Positions 28,919 through 32,029 of a DNA stretch of 32,029 nucleotides are shown here, one piece after another. How positions within the stretch are numbered: position 1 is the first letter of the stretch; every line of letters begins with the position of its first letter. Location of the stretch: positions 1 to 32,029 of the forward strand of contig JALAGF010003870.1 in the NCBI GenBank assembly GCA_030167865.1, written 5' to 3'. The DNA comes from Craspedostauros australis (Eukaryota). Both the position numbers and the translations under genes were made by a program. Below the pieces are notes generated by a model. The model was not told the DNA's origin. It worked only from the letters and a program-made list of their open reading frames with translations, and searched no databases.

Positions 28919-30190
28919 TCAAGCCGAGCGATTGCGATGTGCCTCCTCCATTTCTTTCTTCGCCTCAGCAACCTGAAGCTTCAGATTGAGTTCCTGCAGG
29001 CGCAGATCGTGATAGTTGCGCTTAAGCTTGGTAAGCCGGAGTTCCTCGCGAATCGTGTCCATCTCCTCGCTGCCTTGGAGCGCCTTGGGTGGTGTGCTTC
29101 TTGCGGAGTCTCGGTCTTCTGTTCGCGTGGCTTGCGCTGTTTCTGAACGCACCTGCGGCGTGCCGTCTGTGTTGTCACGACGGTGTCCGCGATGCTGGCG
29201 ACGACGACGATACCTGACTGTTTTGGCAACGCCATTGCCGTCTCCGGCTGCGTCGCCGTTTTCCACATGGGCGCTATCATCCGTGTTGCCGTCCTCCGCA
29301 TCGTTATTGAGGACGACAAGCGTGCTCCTGTCAGCATCTACGGATACGCCACGATGCTTGCGTTTGCGCGATGGGGTATACCCAGTCGCAGTCGCAGGCT
29401 GTTGGTCATTGGATCCTCGCATCTGGATGGCGCTGTCGTTGTCGTTGTCGCTGCTGCTCTCCGTGTTCTCGTAGCTGGTGACAGTAGCAGGCGCGTACTC
29501 GTTGTCGTCGTCGTCGTCATCCGGATTGTATTGATCGTCCCCGCTCGTTCTGACGGAATTGTCTCCGTCTTCGCTTGCATGATCGCCGTCAGTCTCACCA
29601 TGAGGGGATGAGCCTTGATGGTCGCAACGGTTTCGAGCGCGGACTGATGCCGCGACTGATTTGCGTGCGAGGAGGCGAAAAGGTCGAAGTGTGAGTTGTG
29701 GATAGGACTGAGCAAAGGCAGGTGAGGAAGCATCTGCAATTTGCGGCGCGTCCTTCAGGAGTCTCCAGCACTCCACGAAGGCGTGGATGTTGAGGCGAGA
29801 GTGTCTGGATCTTTTGTGCCACGATTCGCGCCAATCTGCGATCCATTGGAATTCAGCTTCCTGCGAAGTGTGAGGTGTTGGCGGAAGATGCTTTCGAAGT
29901 TGCAGAGTGGAATGCCGGACGGTGCCGAAGATGCGTCTGAGACTATCTGCAGAAACCGTGCATGCGAGGTCATCGCAATCATCGCCGAAGTCGCTGTTGT
30001 TTCTGTCGGCGTTTCCTCTGTTCGCTCTCTCTATTGCCATCCGTTCGTTGTACTGCGCGATGCGGCGCTTGAAATTCTCAAAAATGAGAGACCAAGTTCC
30101 GCTTTTGCATATGCCTGGTCCCTTCTTGATTTCCAGGTAGGCGAGGCAAAGCATCCTCGCTTTCGCCGGAGTCCAGGAAGGTTGCGTCAT
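28919..30190 (-). CDS. Myb/SANT-like + NAM-associated-like protein, paralog 2 of 3 (423 aa)
   Basis: MTQPSWTPAKARMLCLAYLEIKKGPG..GTWSLIFENF..SADSLRRIFGTV..FVECWRLLKDAPQIA, acidic tract, PSRKRKHR, ELRLTKLKRNYHDLRLQELNLKLQV. Confidence 0.78.
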   Translation of the reverse strand: MTQPSWTPAKARMLCLAYLEIKKGPGICKSGTWSLIFENFKRRIAQYNERMAIERANRGNADRNNSDFGDDCDDLACTVSADSLRRIFGTVRHSTLQLRKHLPPTPHTSQEAEFQWIADWRESWHKRSRHSRLNIHAFVECWRLLKDAPQIADASSPAFAQSYPQLTLRPFRLLARKSVAASVRARNRCDHQGSSPHGETDGDHASEDGDNSVRTSGDDQYNPDDDDDDNEYAPATVTSYENTESSSDNDNDSAIQMRGSNDQQPATATGYTPSRKRKHRGVSVDADRSTLVVLNNDAEDGNTDDSAHVENGDAAGDGNGVAKTVRYRRRRQHRGHRRDNTDGTPQVRSETAQATRTEDRDSARSTPPKALQGSEEMDTIREELRLTKLKRNYHDLRLQELNLKLQVAEAKKEMEEAHRNRSA

Positions 30191-30767
30191 TTTAGAGAAG
30201 AAGTGAGAATGTGCTGTGTGAGTATTGGCGGTGACGATATTCCATGGACTGCCCTTGGACTCTTCGCTCAAGCTTTGGTGCAGTGTCTGCTGTTGTGTTG
30301 GATTTGGTGACGCTGGATGGTGTTGTTGTGTGCCTGGCCTCCTGGTTGGAGTTGATGGGCGACTTTGTGGGGAGGGGATGCGTGGATCTTCTGGTGATGC
30401 CAAAAGATACGGTTGCACTCGATTGAGTCAATCGCAGTGATTTGGATGGAGGTGGCTTTCTCGATGAGAACCTCTCTCTGGTCAGAGAGGGCTGGTGTGG
30501 CGGAACCACAAACGAGACCGACAATACCATTCATCTGTGCAACAGATGCTCTCTCATTCCATCAACGAACCCAAACGTTGCATGCATCTCATCGCTTGGC
30601 TCGGCACAGCGAGTGATAACTTCATTCATCTAATATTTGCAAGAGAGGTCAGGGGCTTTATCTGAACGCTGTGCGAGTTGAGGATAGCGTGTGGCGCTGG
30701 TCTGTATACGCCGTGACTTCATTCCTTCATTTGTTCATGCATATGCAACGATCGACATCTATATCCT

Positions 30768-32021
30768 TCAAATCGTTCGATCACCACGAGCTTCTTCCAC
30801 TTCTTTCTTCGCCCTCTCGACCTGGAGCTTGAGGATGAGTTCTTGAATGCGCAGTTCGTGGTAGTTGCGCTCAAGTTTAGCTACCCGGAGCTGTTCGCGG
30901 AGCAACTTGGTATGCTTGCGGTCATGCAACGCTTGAGGCAACGTGATCGTTGCAGTTTCCATTGGCGTTGTCCTTTTTGTTGGCTTTAGGCGCCTGAGTG
31001 GATAGGCGTTGCCATTCATGTCGTTGTGGAGGTGTTGATACCGACGACGTGTGCGCTTTGGTCTTGGATCGTCCCTGATTTCGTCGGCGCTCTCCACGTT
31101 GATATCATCGTCTGTGTTGCTGTCCATGTCATCGCTGTCGACGACGGCGCGCGTGTTGGAATGACATGTGCCGGGATCTGCAGATACGCGACGACGCTTG
31201 CGCTTCCGCGATGGGGCGCGAACAGTCGCACGCCGTCGGTCTATGAATTGCCGAGTGGGATTTCCGCTGCTGTATACGGTGGGCCTCGCGTTGCCGCCGT
31301 CGTCGTCGCGACTCGTGATTTTGTTGGGTCTGTTGGGGGCTATAGACGCATCCTCCTCCTCCTCTTCTTCATCTTCGTCATCGTCACCGGTATTACCTGC
31401 GTCGTCATCTTCGTTGCTATCATCGCTATCAAGTTCATGATCTGCGTGTTGACTGTCGCGACGGCCGATGGCACAGGCAGATGTTTTGGTACATTTGCGC
31501 GCGATGAGGCGAACTACCCGATGCGTTGGCTGTGGATTGCATCTGGAGGCAGCTGAAGAATCATCTGCAATTTGCGGAGCGTCTTTCAAGATCCTCCAGC
31601 ACTCCAACAGTAAGTTGCTGTGCAAACCCACGCTCGCGCCTCTGGCTGCGTATGATTGGTGCCAACGGTCGACCCACTGAGCTTCTTGCTTTCTGGATTT
31701 GTGAGGGTTCGGCGGACGCACTTTTCGGAGATCGAGGATGGTGCACCGGATCTTGCTGAATATCCTTCGATACCGCGCGGTGTCGTGAACGCATGAGATC
31801 TTCTTGATATCGCCTGCTGATGCCGCAGAGTTTTTGCGTGCGCGTGCACCCTTTGCATGCTTCCTTGCGACTCTCCTGTTGTGTGCCTGGATGGCTTTCT
31901 TCATGTTCCGTGAAATGAGGGGCCAGGTTCCTTTTTCGCACCTCCCTGGTCCTTTGACCACCTTCAAGAATTCAAGGCACAGCATCCGCGCTTCCTCGGC
32001 AGTCCAGAAAGTACGCCGCAT
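30768..32021 (-). CDS. Myb/SANT-like + NAM-associated-like protein, paralog 3 of 3 (417 aa)
   Basis: MRRTFWTAEEARMLCLEFLKVVKGPG..GTWPLI..LLECWRILKDAPQIA, acidic tract, PSRKRKRRR, QLRVAKLERNYHELRIQELILKLQV. Confidence 0.78.
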   Translation of the reverse strand: MRRTFWTAEEARMLCLEFLKVVKGPGRCEKGTWPLISRNMKKAIQAHNRRVARKHAKGARARKNSAASAGDIKKISCVHDTARYRRIFSKIRCTILDLRKVRPPNPHKSRKQEAQWVDRWHQSYAARGASVGLHSNLLLECWRILKDAPQIADDSSAASRCNPQPTHRVVRLIARKCTKTSACAIGRRDSQHADHELDSDDSNEDDDAGNTGDDDEDEEEEEEDASIAPNRPNKITSRDDDGGNARPTVYSSGNPTRQFIDRRRATVRAPSRKRKRRRVSADPGTCHSNTRAVVDSDDMDSNTDDDINVESADEIRDDPRPKRTRRRYQHLHNDMNGNAYPLRRLKPTKRTTPMETATITLPQALHDRKHTKLLREQLRVAKLERNYHELRIQELILKLQVERAKKEVEEARGDRTI

Positions 32022-32029
32022 TGTGTACG

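Overview
Compact, intron-poor eukaryotic genomic DNA, most likely from a diatom (inferred from short GT-AG introns, a signal+transit+Tat-type plastid presequence, RXL motifs and a diatom-style BTB tail). The left half (1-16.6 kb) is a gene-dense block: two paralogous vWA-domain genes flanking a putative thylakoid-lumen DUF6816-like gene, a methionine-synthase-reductase-like diflavin reductase with two flavodoxin domains, a secreted M12B metalloprotease, APC6/Cdc16 and a GTPBP1/2-like GTPase. The right half looks accessory. It holds about 2 kb of CpG-eroded DNA with a small CpG-retaining tRNA-like structure, then an intronless 2444-aa gene with 60 perfectly phased 102-bp ankyrin repeats (invariant framework, hypervariable binding-face codons) fused to a BTB/BACK-like domain, then three tandem paralogs resembling PIF/Harbinger ORF1 (Myb/SANT + NAM-associated) with no transposase in the window. 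The ankyrin-BTB gene is the best candidate for a novel system: a naturally diversified, DARPin-like Cullin-3 substrate adaptor. All family assignments come from motif recognition by eye, not database searches.
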